Source: Mustelus asterias (lineage: Eukaryota). From it: 64,000 bases of DNA. Below, piece by piece: positions 13,100 through 25,995 of the stretch (its first letter is position 1; the number at the start of each line of letters is the position of its first letter). The stretch lies in the NCBI RefSeq assembly GCF_964213995.1, contig NC_135811.1:110298001-110362000 (forward strand), read 5' to 3'. The position numbers were made by a program, and so were the translations under genes. Below the pieces are notes generated by a model, which searched no databases, had not been told where the DNA came from, and was given only the letters and a program-made list of their open reading frames with translations.

Positions 13100-13755
13100 A
13101 GTGGTGGCACAGTGGTATTGTCACTGGGGAGGCCCAGGTTAATGCTTTGGGGACCTGGGTTCAACTCCCACCGTAGCAGATGACAACATTTGAATTTTTA
13201 AAATCTGCAATGAAAAGGCTTGATGATTTTCGTAAAAACCAATCTGGTTCATTAATGTCCGTTAGGGAAGGAATGCCTTCTAGGTAAGGGCAGCACGGTG
13301 GCACAATGGATAGCACTGCTGCCTCACAGTGCCAGGGACCCGGGTTCAATTCCCGGCTTGTGTCACTGTCTGTGTGGAGTCTGCATGTTCTCCCCGTGTC
13401 TGCGTGGGTTTCCTCCGGGGGCTCCGGTTTCCTCCCACAGTCTGAAAGATGTGCTGGTTAGGGTGCATTGGCCATGCTAAATTCTCCCTCAGTGTACCCG
13501 AACAGGCGCCGGAGTGTGGCGACTAGGGGATTTTCACGGTAACTTCCTTGCAGTGTTAATGTAAGCCTACTTGTGACTAATACATTTTTAAAACATCTGC
13601 CGTCCTTACCTGGTCTGACCTACAAGTGACTCTAGAGCCACAGCAATGTGGTTGACTCTTAAATGTCCAATGGAATGGAATGAGCGAGCCACTCAGTTCA
13701 AGGGCAGCCATTACCCAGCCAACACTTGTTGCCTATTTTATGAATGAATTAAAAA
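13100..13755 (+). mobile_element. Older SINE with a nested HE1-like SINE (13289-13590)
   Basis: tRNA-like head at 13100. The body is interrupted at GAAGGAAT|...|CTGCCGTCCTTACC by a second SINE (GGGCAGCACGGTGGCACA...GTAAGCCTACTTGTGACTAATA). Confidence 0.7.
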
Positions 13756-14679
13756 ATATATCAATTTACTCCATCATTGGTGGCTGTACCTTCAGCTTCC
13801 TGCTCCTTAAGCTCTTGGATCCCCTCCTGAATTCTCTCTACCTCTCCACATCTCTCGCCCACTTTAAGATGCTCCTTAAAACCTGCCTCCTTGTCACCAA
13901 CTTAATATCTCCTAATATCCTTGCAAAATAATATCCCCTGGATGTCAGAGTTTATTTTATAAGGCCTCACGTAAGTTCCTGTTTCTTTGATGTTGTCGCA
14001 GTTCCGAGTGTATCTCAGGATTAAAGTCCATGTTATAGTTTCAGTCGGATCTGTGCCTCGGCATTGTAAAGCGAGTGAGTTGTTGCTGTGTTTAAACCCT
14101 GATAATATGAGCTGATGGTTCACCTCCTACACGTGGCTGCCTCTGGGGAAGATCTTATCAGTTCCAGTTATCAATTCAACCCAACAATAACTTGACATGG
14201 ATTTCAACAACTCTCTGCGATTACATGATAATGATTTGATAAAGTGAAGAGGCAGTCAGCTGTTCAGAAGCTGTTAATATCATTACACGGGATGGTCACA
14301 CACATTTCCTGCATTCACATATCTCAATCTAACTGGACTTACAGACAACAGATACAAAACAGAGTTGGGAAATAATACAGTTATAGATTTTTATAGATAA
14401 GAAAATTGTCACAAGCTGAATTATGTTGCTTCAAATAGAAAACCGAGCGTGTCTCAGCGCTGAACAACATTTCCCAGCTGAGGTTAATTGAACATTCACT
14501 GTCCTAATGTGATTGAAGATAATCTTGACGTGACACAGGCTCAACACATTTTGCACATTTCGCCTTTATTAAATTTGCTGCAAAAAGTCACTTCTCGATA
14601 ATATTTGTGTTTGGCAGAAACAGCAAATCTGTCTCCGAAACAAGCTGCTGAGGGGATTATAACCTGGAGTGCAATCACT

Positions 14680-17443
14680 GCACTCCCCCTGTACCGCGCT
14701 CCCCCTGTACCGCGCTCCCCCTGTACCGCGCTCCCCCTGTACCGCGCTCCCCCTGTACCGCGCTCCCCCTGTACCGCGCTCCCCATGTACCACGCTCCCC
14801 CTGTACCACGCTCCCCCTGTACCGCGCTCACGCCGTACCGCGTGCCCCCGTACCGCGTGCCCCCCGTACCGCGTGCCCCCCGTACCGCGCTCCCCCTGTA
14901 CCGCGCTCACGCCGTACCGCGTGCCCCCCGTACCGCGTGCCCCCCGTACTGCGCCCCCCCGTACCGCGCTCCCCCCGCACCGGGCTCCCCCCGTACCGCG
15001 CGCCACCCGTACCGCGCTCCCCCCATACCGCACTCCCCCCGCACCGCGCTCCCCCCGTACCACACACCCCCTGTACCGCGCTCCCCCTGCACCACGCTCC
15101 CCCTGTCACTGCGCTCCCCCCGCACCACACACCCCCTGTACCGCGCTCCCTTTGCACCGCGCTCCCCCTGCACCACGCTCCCCCTGCACCGCGCTCCCCC
15201 CGCACCACACACCCCCTGTACTGCGCTCCCTCTGCACCACGCTCCCCCTGCACCGCGCTCCCCCTGCACCGCGCTCCCTCTGCACTGCACTCCCCCTGCA
15301 CCGCGCTCCCCCTGCACCGTGCTCCCCCTGCACCGTGCTCCCCCTGCACCGTGCTCCCCCTGCACCGTGCTCCCCCTGCACCATGCACCCCCCGCACCAC
15401 TCTCCCCCTGCACCGCGCTCCCCCTGCCCCGCGCACCCCTTGCACCGCACTCCCCCTGCACCACTCTCCCCCTGCACCGCGCTCCCCCTGCCCCGTGCAC
15501 CCCTTGCACCGCGCTCCCCCTGCACCGCGCTCCCCCTGTAACCGCGCTCCCCCTGTCACCACGCTCCCCCTGTAACCGCGCTCCCCCTGTTACCGCGCTC
15601 CCCCGTACCGCGCTCCCCCCGTACCGCGCACCCCCGCACCGCCCTCCCCCTGCACCACGCTCCCCCCGTACCGCGCTCCCCCTGCACCGCGCTTCCCCTG
15701 CACCGCGCTCCCCCTGCACCGTGCACCCTCTGCACCGTGCTGCCTCTGCACCGCGCTGCCTCTGCACCGTGCACCCTCTGCACCGTGCACCCCCTGCACC
15801 GTGCTCCCCCTGCACCGCGCTCCCTCTGCACCGCACTCCCCCTGCACCGCGTTCCCCCTGCACCGTGCACCCCCTGCACCGCGCTGCCTCTGCACCGCGC
15901 TGCCTCTGCACCGCGCTGCCTCTGCACCGCCCTCCCCCTGCACCGCGTTCCCCCTGCACCGTGCACCCTCTGCACCGCGTTCCCCCTGCACCGTGCACCC
16001 TCTGCACCGTGCACCCTCTGCACCGTGCACCCCCTGCACCGCGCTCCCCCTGCACCATGCACCCCCTGTACACGTTCCCCCTGTTACCGCGCTCCCCCTG
16101 TTACCGCGCTCCCCCCATTACCGCGCTCCCCCTACACCGCGCTCCCCCTGTACCGCGCTCCCCCTGTACCGCGCACCCCTTGCACCGCGCTCCCCCTGTA
16201 CCGCGCACCCCTTGCACCGCGCTCCCCTTGCACCGCACTCTCCCTGTACCGCGCACCCCTTGCACCGCACTCTCCCTGTACCGCGCACCCCTTGCACCGC
16301 GCTCCCCCTGTACCGCGCACCCCTTGCACCGCGCTCCCCCTGTACGCATTCCCCTGTACCGCGCTTCCCCTGTACCACGCACCCCTTGCACCACGCTCTC
16401 CCTGAACTGCAGTCCCTGTACCGCACTCCCCCTGTACCGCACTCCCCCTGTACCGCACTCCCCCTGTACCGCACTCCCCCTGTACCGCACTCTCCCTGTA
16501 TCGCACTCCCCCTGTACCGCACTCCCCCTGTACCGCACTCTCCTTGTACCGCACTCTCCCTGTACCGCACTCTCCCTGTACCGCACTCCCCCCGTACCGC
16601 ACTCCCCCCGTACCGCACTCTCCTTGTACCGCACTCTCCCTGTACCGCACTCTCCCTGTACCGCACTCCCCCTGTACCGCACTCTCCCTGTACCGCACTC
16701 CCCCTGTACCGCACTCTCCCTGTACCGCACTCCCCCTGTACCGCACTCCCCCTGTACCGCACTCCCCCTGTACCGCACTCTCCCTGTACCGCACTCCCCC
16801 CGTACCGCACTCCCCCCGTACCGCACTCTCCTTGTACCGCACTCTCCCTGTACCGCACTCTCCCTGTACCGCACTCCCCCTGTACCGCACTCCCCCTGTA
16901 CCGCACTCCCCCTGTACCGCACTCTCCCTGTACCGCACTCCCCCTGTACCGCACTCCCCCTGTACCGCACTCCCCCTGTACCGCACTCTCCCTGTACCGC
17001 ACTCTCCCTGTACCGCACTCTCCCTGTACCGCACTCCCCCTGTACCGCACTCTCCCTGTACCGCACTCTCCCTGTACCGCACTCCCCCTGTACCGCACTC
17101 TCCCTGTACCGCACTCTCCCTGTACCGCACTCTCCCTGTACCGCACTCTCCCTGTACCGCACTCTCCCTGTACCGCACTCTCCCTGTACCGCACTCTCCC
17201 TGTACCGCACTCTCCCTGTACCGCACTCTCCCTGTACCGCACTCCCCCCGTACCGCACTCTCCCTGTACCGCACTCTCCCTGTACCGCACTCCCCCTGTA
17301 CCGCACTCTCCCTGTACCGCACTCCCCCTGTACCGCACTCTCCCTGTACCGCACTCCCCCTGTACCGCACTCTCCCTGTACCGCACTCCCCCTGTACCGC
17401 ACTCTCCCTGTACCGCACTCTCCCTGTACCGCACTCTCCCTGT
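14680..17443. repeat. 16-bp CpG/C-rich minisatellite (CTGTACCGCACTCCCC)n upstream of TCAP copy 1
   Basis: About 2.7 kb of tandem 16-bp units with a variant gradient. It generates the long spurious ORFs in all six frames. Confidence 0.95.
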
Positions 17444-17929
17444 CGCCCAGAATGGTGAGCCAGGATGGATAACCAGCCCTGTTTAACTGGTGTGTTCGTG
17501 CAGTTAATTAGTATAGATAACTAGGTGGTTAACTAGTTTTGATAACTTGGTGATTAACTAGTGTAGATAACCAGGTGGTTAACTAGTGTAGATAACCAGG
17601 GACTGGTTTAAAGCGGTTGGTAACAGCGGCTTTGGGCTGGGATTATTTTTACTCTGTGGGGGGTCCGGAATGGGAAACTTCCAAAACATCGAAACAGCTT
17701 CAGGGGCCGCAGACTAGATGGGCTGAATGGCCGCCTCCTGAACTGAATCAGACTCTGGTTCCAGTCTGAGGGCAGAGAACCGATCCCAATCACTCGGAAC
17801 AAGCTGCCCCGGTTCCCCAGGGGGGTGAGGCCATTCCCGGACTCATTCCCAGACTGTCACCGATCCCAGCTCCGGATTCATTGCGGATTCCGGGTGGTGA
17901 GAACATTCCCCGAAATAGCCCCGGGTGTG

Positions 17930-17935
17930 TATAAA
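17930..17935 (+). promoter_or_regulatory. TATA box of TCAP copy 1
   Basis: TATAAA 77 bp upstream of the ATG; identical in copy 2. Confidence 0.7.
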
Positions 17936-18006
17936 GGGGCGGCTGTCCCCGCACACACAGGCACTGGGAGAAGCTGGTGAACCCAGACAGGGAGACTGTC
18001 GCTGGG

Positions 18007-18125
18007 ATGGAACTGACACCCACTGCCACTCTCAGCTGCTTAGTGAATGAGGAGAACAGCCAGAGGAAGGAGCTTTACTCTGCACAGTGGCAGCAACTCA
18101 GCGTCAGGACACGGGCTCAGGAGCG
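18007..18125 (+). CDS. TCAP: Telethonin (titin-cap) copy 1, exon 1
   Basis: MELTPTATLSCLVNEENSQRKELYSAQWQQLSVRTRAQE-R matches the TCAP N-terminus (LSC.V.EEN..R.E...A.W..L...TR). 119 nt, donor CG|GTGAGT. Confidence 0.93.
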
Positions 18126-18237
18126 GTGAGTCTCCACCCAAACTGTGCCCGGTCCTCACTGGCTCACAGAGGGCCGCTCACTGGAGTATCGCCCAGGGTC
18201 AGCACTGAGAGAACAGCAAGTTACAGCCCAGTGACTG

Positions 18238-18770
18238 AGAGGGGAGAGAAAGAGATAGAGGGGGAGAGAGAGAGAGAGAGAGGGAGAAACAGACAGATGG
18301 AGGGGGAGAGAGAGACACAGTGGGAGAGATAGAGTGAGCGAAAGCGAGACAGAGGGAGATACAGAGAGACATATAGAGAGAGACAGAAAAAACAGAGACG
18401 CATAGAGAGAGACAAAAGGAGGGTCATAGAGTCAGAGAGAAATAGACATAAAGGAACAGGGAGAGAGACAGAGGGAGGGTCACACAGAGAGACAGAGAGA
18501 GACAGGGGGAGGGTCACACAGAGAGACAGAGAGAGACAGAGGGAGGGTCACACAGAGAGACAGAGGGGGGGTCACGCAGAGAGACAGAGGGGGGGGGTCA
18601 CACAGAGAGACAGAGGGGGGGTCACACAGAGAGACAGGGGGGGTCACACAGAGAGACAGAGGGAGGGTCACACAGAGAGACAGAGGGGGGGGTCACACAG
18701 AGAGACAGAGAGAGACAGAGGGGGGGTCACAGAGAGAGACAGAGAGAGAGAGGGGGGGGGGGGTCACGCA
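18238..18770. repeat. GA-rich micro/minisatellite in the TCAP copy 1 intron
   Basis: (GA)n and GGGTCACACAGAGAGACAGAG units. Confidence 0.9.
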
Positions 18771-18891
18771 GAGAGGCACAGCCAGGTTCAGACAGAGATT
18801 GTTTGAGAAAAGGCGTTGTTAATGAAGGGAATATGGATGAGGATCCGGCTAAATCTCCATCTGTTAATCTACATGTTTCTCCTTGTGGCAG

Positions 18892-19303
18892 ATGCTCTTT
18901 AAACGAGGTGGATGATGTCCGGAAGGAGAGTTACAACAGGAAATATCAGGTGACCTACCTGGTGCAGCGAAACCCCAACAATGTGATGAGGATGGGCCGC
19001 TTGGGAGAGGCACTGACTGAGTACCGCCTGCCATACCGCAAGCAGCTGCCACTGCCCATCTTCAGCCCCACTCACATCAGCAACAAGGTGGAAAGGGCAG
19101 TGACTCCCCCAGAGCTAAGTACAATCATTGAGCTGGAGCGAGCTCTGGGCTCGGGCGGCAGGTGTCAGGATAAGAGAGACATCTCCGAGATCACCAGAGA
19201 ACTTCCTCCAGTCATCCAGCCTGTCAGACTGGACAGCAAGAAAGCGGACATGGTGCAAAGATCCCTGTCCAGGTCCATGTCCCAGGAAGCTCAGAGAGGC
19301 TGA
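18892..19303 (+). CDS. TCAP: Telethonin copy 1, exon 2
   Basis: Acceptor TGGCAG|A; CSLNEVD...MRMGRLGEALTEYRLPY...LPLPIF...RSLSRSMSQEAQRG* with the diagnostic TCAP C-terminus. Joins exon 1 in frame (176 aa). AATAAA at 19832 and 19995. Confidence 0.95.
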
Positions 19304-20354
19304 GAGAGGCTGAGAGGCAGTGGGATAGGCTGTGCCTGGGTAGTATTTTGATGCAGTGTACAGTTTAGTCAGTGTGTGAAGATGCGACTTTAGAAGAATG
19401 AGAGGTGATTTCAATGAAACATATAAATTTCTTAAGGGACTTGTTGGAAAGTGTTCCCATTGGCTGGAGATTCTAGAACATGTGCTCAGTCTCGGGGGGC
19501 GGGGGGGGGGGGGTCCATTTCGGATTCCAGGTGGGAAGAATTTTCTTCAGTCGCAGTTTGGAATTTTCTCCACCACAGACCTGCGGCTGCTCCGCCATTG
19601 GATGTGTTCCAGAGGGTGATAGGTCCAAAGGGAATTGCGGGATAGTGGGATGATGTGGAAAGTGGAGATGGATGAGGTCAGTTGGAGTGGAGGAGGCTGT
19701 GTGTGTGTGTGAGGGGTGGAGGGAGAGTCTCTAATTTCTCATGCTCCAGTGTTTAGTGCACTCACTATTCCTGGACAGAGGCTGGCAGTGAGAAAGGTTC
19801 AGAAAGCTTTGATAGAGGATTGGGTAATAGAAATAAAGGTCAAGGAGCAGTGAACACTGGATGTGAGAAGGTCACGGAAGATGCTGAGGCAACACTTCTG
19901 TCTTATATCTCATATCTATATGTGTATCAGTGAGCTTTTGTCCCAGTGCGTTTATTTTAAAATATGAGTGTTTTGTACTGATTTTTGACATTGAAATAAA
20001 ACTGGATAGAACTCTGACTGATTTTCTGATGTTCACACAGTTCTCCATCACACACTCAGTTAGAAACTGGCATCATTAGTGTACCACAGGGCACATGCAA
20101 CGCTGGGGCTGGTATACTTTGTGTGGTACACCATGGTGCATCTTCCTCCAATGCCTCTGCACTCTTATCCAGCTGAGTGGAACTGTTATTGCCTGGTTCC
20201 ATTCTTATTTAATTGTAGCCAGAGAATCATGCAGAATGGCTTCTCTTCCTGTTCCTCTGGTGTCCCCCACACATCTATCTCCGCCCCTTCTCTTTCTAAC
20301 CCAAATGTTGCCTCTTGGCAACAACATCCAAGCACAATGTTAGATTCCACATGT

Positions 20355-20850
20355 ACACATAGAAACCCGGAGCAGGAGGAGGCCATTCGACCCTTTCAGC
20401 TTTATCCGACTCAATAGTCTGATCCCCCCCCCGCCCCTGCCCCCCCATATCCTTCGCTCCCCTTCACCCCAAGAGCTATACCTAACTCCTTGGAAACATA
20501 CAATGTTTTCACCTCAATTACATTCTGTGGTAGCGAATTCCACAGGCTCACCACTGGATGAAGAAATTTCTCCTCACATCTGTTTTAAATGGTTTCCCCT
20601 TACCCTCAGACTGTGACCCTTGGATCTGGACACCCCCACCATCGGGAACATCCTTCCTGCATCTACCCTGTCTGGTCCTGTTAGAATTTTCTAAATTTCT
20701 ATGAGATCTCCCCCCCCCCCCCCCCCCCCCCCCCCGCACCCCCCCCCAACATTCTTCTAAATCCCAGTGAATACAATCCAAACCGACTCAACCTCTCCTC
20801 ATACATCAGTCCCGCCATCCCCGGAATCAGTCTGGTAAACCTCTGCACTC
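20355..20850 (-). mobile_element. CR1 3' fragment
   Basis: Minus strand LYSLEFRR/RRNFF-type CR1 end and 3' UTR GAATGGCCTCCTCCTGCTCC. Confidence 0.7.
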
Positions 20851-21929
20851 CCTCGGCTGTCTGTCATATTTGACCCTGATTTAAGCTTCTGACAATAAAT
20901 TCACCGCATCATTAAGATCACCTATTTCTACATCAGCTGACAGCCCACTTACTCAACTCATATGAACAAATGAACAAGGAGCAGGAGGTCAGCTCCCCAT
21001 CGCCTCCACGCTCATTGACCGCATTGGCTCTCAGTCCAGAGTAGCCTTAATTTTAAAATTCTTATCCCTGTTTTCAAGACGCTCCTTTCCCTATCTCTGC
21101 AACTTGCTCCAGCCCCACAACCCATCGAGGTATCAGTTTTCTTTCTTCTATTCTCTTGAGCATGCTGATTTTAATTGATCCATCCTTGGTGCATATGCTT
21201 TCAACTTCCTTGGTTCTAAACTCTGGAATTCCTAGAATTCCCTCCCTAAACCTCTCCGCCTCTCTCTCTCTCTCTCGCCTCCTTTAAGCTGCTTCTTAAA
21301 ATCAATCTCTTTGATGGAGTTTTTGGTCATCTATCCAATACCTTCTCATGTGTCTTGATGTCAAATGTTGTAAACACTCTGGTGGGCCTTGGCCCATTTA
21401 TGACGTCAGAGGCTTTATGTGTCGGAGGGGCTGCCACACACACGGTGCTGGGATTTAGCTGGCCCTCCATTGCTTACAGCTTTGGTTCAGATGGTTTGAT
21501 TGCCCAAAGACTGGGAATTGAAGTCAGGGCCATGTGATGTTCCTCCAATGAGGAGACTGTGCAGGCTTGCAGGAAAAGGACAAGGATTTGGCAACTTTCC
21601 TGGGCCACAAAAGGAAGATCCTCCAATCAGTGTACAGAGATCTCCCCAACAGAGGGGGGGACTGAGAGACACCAGTTAGTGTAAAAATACCTCCCTGAGA
21701 ATGTGAGACTGAGAGACACCATTCAGGTTACAGATATCTCCCGAAGAGCGAGGGGACTGTGAGACACCTGTCAGTGTACAAATATCTCCCATAGGGAGAA
21801 CAAAACAGAGGTGAGAGACTGTAAGACACCAGTGTACAAAAATCTTCCTGAAAGAGACGGAGAGACTGTGATAAGCTTTACTCTGTATCTATCTGGTGCT
21901 GCACCTGGATGACTGGGGAGTGTGTTGTC

Positions 21930-24289
21930 CAGAGTGAATGACTGGATCTTTTTCTGAGGTGATTGTTTGCATAGTTGCTGCTGCCTAAATTCACAGGGAT
22001 TGTGAACAGAATGAGAGGCAAGAATAACGTTTGCTGATATTCCCACCCTGACTAAACATAGATTAGGCAGCTGTTGTTTACAGTCTGGGTAATGCATTGC
22101 GCTAACTGGTCAGTCAGCTCTCTGGAGAGATATCCTCCACCATCTCGCACTCAAAACAGTTCATTGAAATAGCCATTTAGCTATCATTAAAGGAGAATGA
22201 GATACTCTCACCCATAGGCCAAAGTTTTACGAGATTAATTCCGAGGGCCTGATTTTACCATCAAGTTGCACCTGTTTTTGGGTGTGAAAACTTGGTAAAG
22301 TCGGGCGTGAGGTGAGTAGCGCGGTCTGTGCCCGCCTCCGCGCCGGATCTGTGCCCGCCTCCGCACCGGATCTGTGCCCGCCTCTGCGCCGGAACTGTGC
22401 CCGCCTCCGCGCCGGATCCGTGCCCGCCTCTGCGCCGGATCTGTGCCCGCCTCTGCGCCGGATCTGTGCCCGCCTCCACGCCAGATCAGTGCCCGCCTCC
22501 GCGCCGGATCTGTGCCTGCCTCCGCACCGGATCTGTGCCCGCCTCCGCGCCGGTTCCCCCTTTACCAAGGCCCAAAATGGTCGCGGTCGGGACTGCGCCT
22601 GAAAAGGGCGCGATGGCCATTTAAATGCATTCGCATGCATTTAAATTGACTTAATGGGCTGCACGCCCGACCTTACCGGCACTTCCCCCTTTACCACCGC
22701 GTTCGCCCGTCCAGAATCGGCATGAAACAGACATGCTCCGTATTAGTCTGATTCGGGCGCTCCAGTTAGTGAGGGGGTAAGTGCCGAGTGTCCGACGGCT
22801 CTCTGCATGAGATCGGTGGGGGAGGGGGGGGGGAGGGAAGGGGGGGTTCACTGCCACTCTGCCTGAGATTGGTGGGGGGGAAGAGAGGGAGGAGCCCGTG
22901 TTCAGTCTGGGTAGCGGAAGGGGGAAGGGGGATAAGGGGATCAGTAATGTTGTGGGGGTGGGGCAATGCCTGTGGGGGTCAGGGGGAGGCGTTACCCGGC
23001 CCGGGGGGGATGTGGCAGGGGAACGTTATTCCATCTATTTTTTTTCTGCGCCTGCGCAGTTGGCGACGCCGATCGGAGCAGCAGGGTTACGAGCGCGTTA
23101 AGCGTCTCACACAGGCTTCTGCAGCGTGATTCAGAATTGCTGATATTTTTTCAGGCAGGGTGTGTATGGGAGCGCCTGAGAATGGGTTTAAAAGTCGGAT
23201 CTGAAACACTCCCAGTTTCAAGTCCACCCAGCACTCTGCAAGAGTGCATTCGCATGCATTTAAATTGACTTAATGAGCTGCACGCCCGACCTTACCGGCA
23301 CTTCCCCCTTTACCACCCCGTTCGCCCGTCCAGAATCAGCACGAAACAGACATGCTCCACAAAAGTCTGATTCGGGTGCAGGCATAGATCCGGTGCGGAG
23401 GCGGGCACAGATCCGGTGCGGAGGCGGGCACAGATCCGGTGCGGAGGCGGGCACAGTGCCGGTGCGGAGGCGGGCACAGATCCGCTGCGGAGGCAGGCAC
23501 AGTTCCGGTGCGGAGGCGGGCACAGTTCTGGTGCGGAGGCGGGCACAGATCCGGCGCGGAGGCGGGCACAGTTCCGGTGCGGAGGCGGGCACAGTTCTGG
23601 TGCGGAGGCGGGCACAGATCTGGCGCAGAGGCGGGCACAGATCCAGTGCGGAGGCGGGCACAGATCCGCTGCGGAGGCAGGCACAGTTCCGGTGCGGAGG
23701 CAGGCACAGATCCGGCGCGGAGGCGGGCACAGATCCGGTGCGGAGGCGGGCACAGATCCGGCGCGGAGGCGGGCACAGATCCGGCGCGGAGGCGGGCACA
23801 GATCCGGCGCAGAGGCGGGCACAGATCCGGCGCGGAGGCGGGCACAGATCCGGTGCGGAGGCAGGCACAGATCCGGCGCGGAGGCGGGCACAGACCGCGC
23901 TACTCACCTCACGCCCGACTTTACCAAGTTTTCACACCCGAAAACAGGTGCAACTTGATGGTAAAATCAGGCCCTCGGAATTAATCTCGTAAAACTTTGG
24001 CCTATGGGTGAGAGTATCTCATTCTCCTTTAATGATAGCTAAATGGCTATTTCAATGAACTGTTTTGAGTGCGAGATGGTGGAGGATATCTCTCCAGAGA
24101 GCTGACTGACCAGTTAGCGCAATGCATTACCCAGACTGTAAACAACAGCTGCCTAATCTATGTTTAGTCAGGGTGGGAATATCAGCAAACGTTATTCTTG
24201 CCTCTCATTCTGTTCACAATCCCTGTGAATTTAGGCAGCAGCAACTATGCAAACAATCACCTCAGAAAAAGATCCAGTCATTCACTCTG
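21930..24289. repeat. Large inverted repeat (arms ~21930-22555 and ~23650-24289) built around a MITE-like element with 23-bp internal tandem repeats
   Basis: Identical translations on opposite strands (21771..22097 - and 24122..24331 +). The 23-bp unit GGATCTGTGCCCGCCTCCGCGCC occurs in opposite orientation in the two arms. TIR-like GGGCCTGATTTTACC at 22245. Confidence 0.9.
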
Positions 24290-24359
24290 CAGAATCAAAA
24301 TGGTAAAATAGGACCCCGAGTGTCCAGCTAGCATGAAAATGGGAGAGGTCTGATCCATT

Positions 24360-25400
24360 TTTTGACTAGTGGTGTGCCTCAGGGATCAGTGTTGGGGCCG
24401 CAATTGTTTGCGATTTACATAGATGATTTGGAGTTGGGGACCAAGTGTAGTGTGTCAAAATTCGCAGATGACACCAAGATGAGTGGAAGAGCAAAGTGTG
24501 CAAAGGATGCTGAAAGTCTGCAAAGGGATAGAGATAATCTGAGTGAGTGGGCGAGGGTCTGGCAGATGGAGCACAATGTTGGTAAATGTGAGGTCATCCA
24601 TTTTGGTAGGAATAACAGCAAAATGGACTATTATTTAAATGGTAACAAATTGCAGCATGCTGCTGTGCAGAGGGACCTGGGTGTCCTTGTGCATGAATCA
24701 CAAAATGTTGGTTTCCAGGTGTAGCAGGTAATTAAGAAGGCAAATGGAATTTTATCCTTCATTGATAGAGGGATGGAGTTTAAAAACAGTGAGGTTATGT
24801 TGCAGCTGTATAAGGTGCTGGTGAGGCCACACCTGGAGTACTGTGTACAGTTTTGGTCTCCTTACTTGAGAAAGGATATACTGGCACTGGAGGGGGTGCA
24901 GAGGAGATTCACTAGGTTGATTCCGGAGTTGAGAGGCTTATGAGGAGAGACTGAGTAGACTGGGGCTATACTCGTTGGGATTCAGAAGAATGAAGGGGGG
25001 ATCTTGCAGAATCATATTAAATTATGAAGCAAATAGATAAGATAGAAGCAGGGAAGTTGTTTCCACTGGCGGGTGAAACTAGAACTAGGGGGCATAGCCT
25101 CAAAACAAGAGGAAGCAGATTTAGGACTGAGTTGAGGAGGAACTTCTTCACACAAAGGGTTGTGAATCTGTGGAATTCCCTGCCCAGTGAAGCAGTTGAG
25201 GCTACCTCATTGAATGTTTTTAAGGCAAGGATAGATAAATCTTTGAACAGTAAAGGAATTAATGGTTATGGTGAGCGGGCGGGTAAGTGGAGCTGAGTCC
25301 ATGAAAAGGTCAGCCATGATCTTATTGAATGGCGGAGAAGGCTCGAGGGGCCAGATGGCCTACTCCTGCTCCCAGTTCTTATGTTCTCATGTTCTTATGT
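24360..25400 (+). mobile_element. CR1 LINE 3' fragment
   Basis: GVPQGSVLGP, SKFADDTK, RNFFTQRVVNLWNSLP; (TTCTTATG)n tail. Confidence 0.9.
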
Positions 25401-25404
25401 TATG

Positions 25405-25995
25405 TAGCCCCGCTGCCCCCCCCCCCTCCCTGCTGTCCAGAGCGATCGCGGCCCCCCTTCCCACCCCTACCGATCGCAGGCCGAATGGCAACGGGCCCTC
25501 TCTACCTCCATTGGCTCCGCCCCCAACATCCCCAACCTCCATTGCCCCCCCCCCCCCCGGCACTGCCCAATGGATGGTGCCAAGGTGCCCAGTGGGCATT
25601 GCCCAAGGTGCACCCCCGCTTTGCACTCAGCCTCCCTGGGGAAGTCTCAGTGACCTCCAGTTCCACCGGCGGGGCCAACACAACTGTTCCCCATTCATGG
25701 GGAGGAGGTGTTTTCCTCGCCAGAGAGAACCTCTCCCTGCGAGGCCATAAAGATAAGCGAGCCCGGACGATTGAGCGCCGAGCTCACTAAACAGATATTA
25801 AACAGCTTTTAAATAAATTTAAATAAATGAATCAGCCTCTTGCCCATTCCCGGTGAGAGGCTGACCGCACTGGAAATCCGGGTCTCGTAAAACAGCGAGA
25901 GGTGTGAAAACGGGCGCCATTTCCACCACCCGCTTTACGCCCAATTTTACGACATTTTCCCGCCGCAAAATGGACACAATGAGGTTGTAAAGTTC
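25405..25995. mobile_element. Partial MITE-like non-autonomous DNA element
   Basis: GC-rich body with the palindromic TGCCCA..TGGGCA motif also seen at 34.7 kb, and a TIR-like end GTAAAGTTCCGTCC. Confidence 0.4.

Noticed and set aside
14541-17486. Very long ORFs (up to 955 aa) on both strands
   Set aside because: Products of a stop-free 16-bp minisatellite; open in all frames, with no splice or domain evidence.
18803-18891. ORF-track N-terminus MRKGVVNEG... for TCAP (also 45374-45286)
   Set aside because: Intronic read-through from a TTG. The true N-terminus comes from exon 1 via canonical splice sites.
22227-23992. Arg/Gly- and Pro/Cys-rich ORFs on both strands
   Set aside because: Translations of the 23-bp tandem repeat in the inverted-repeat arms.
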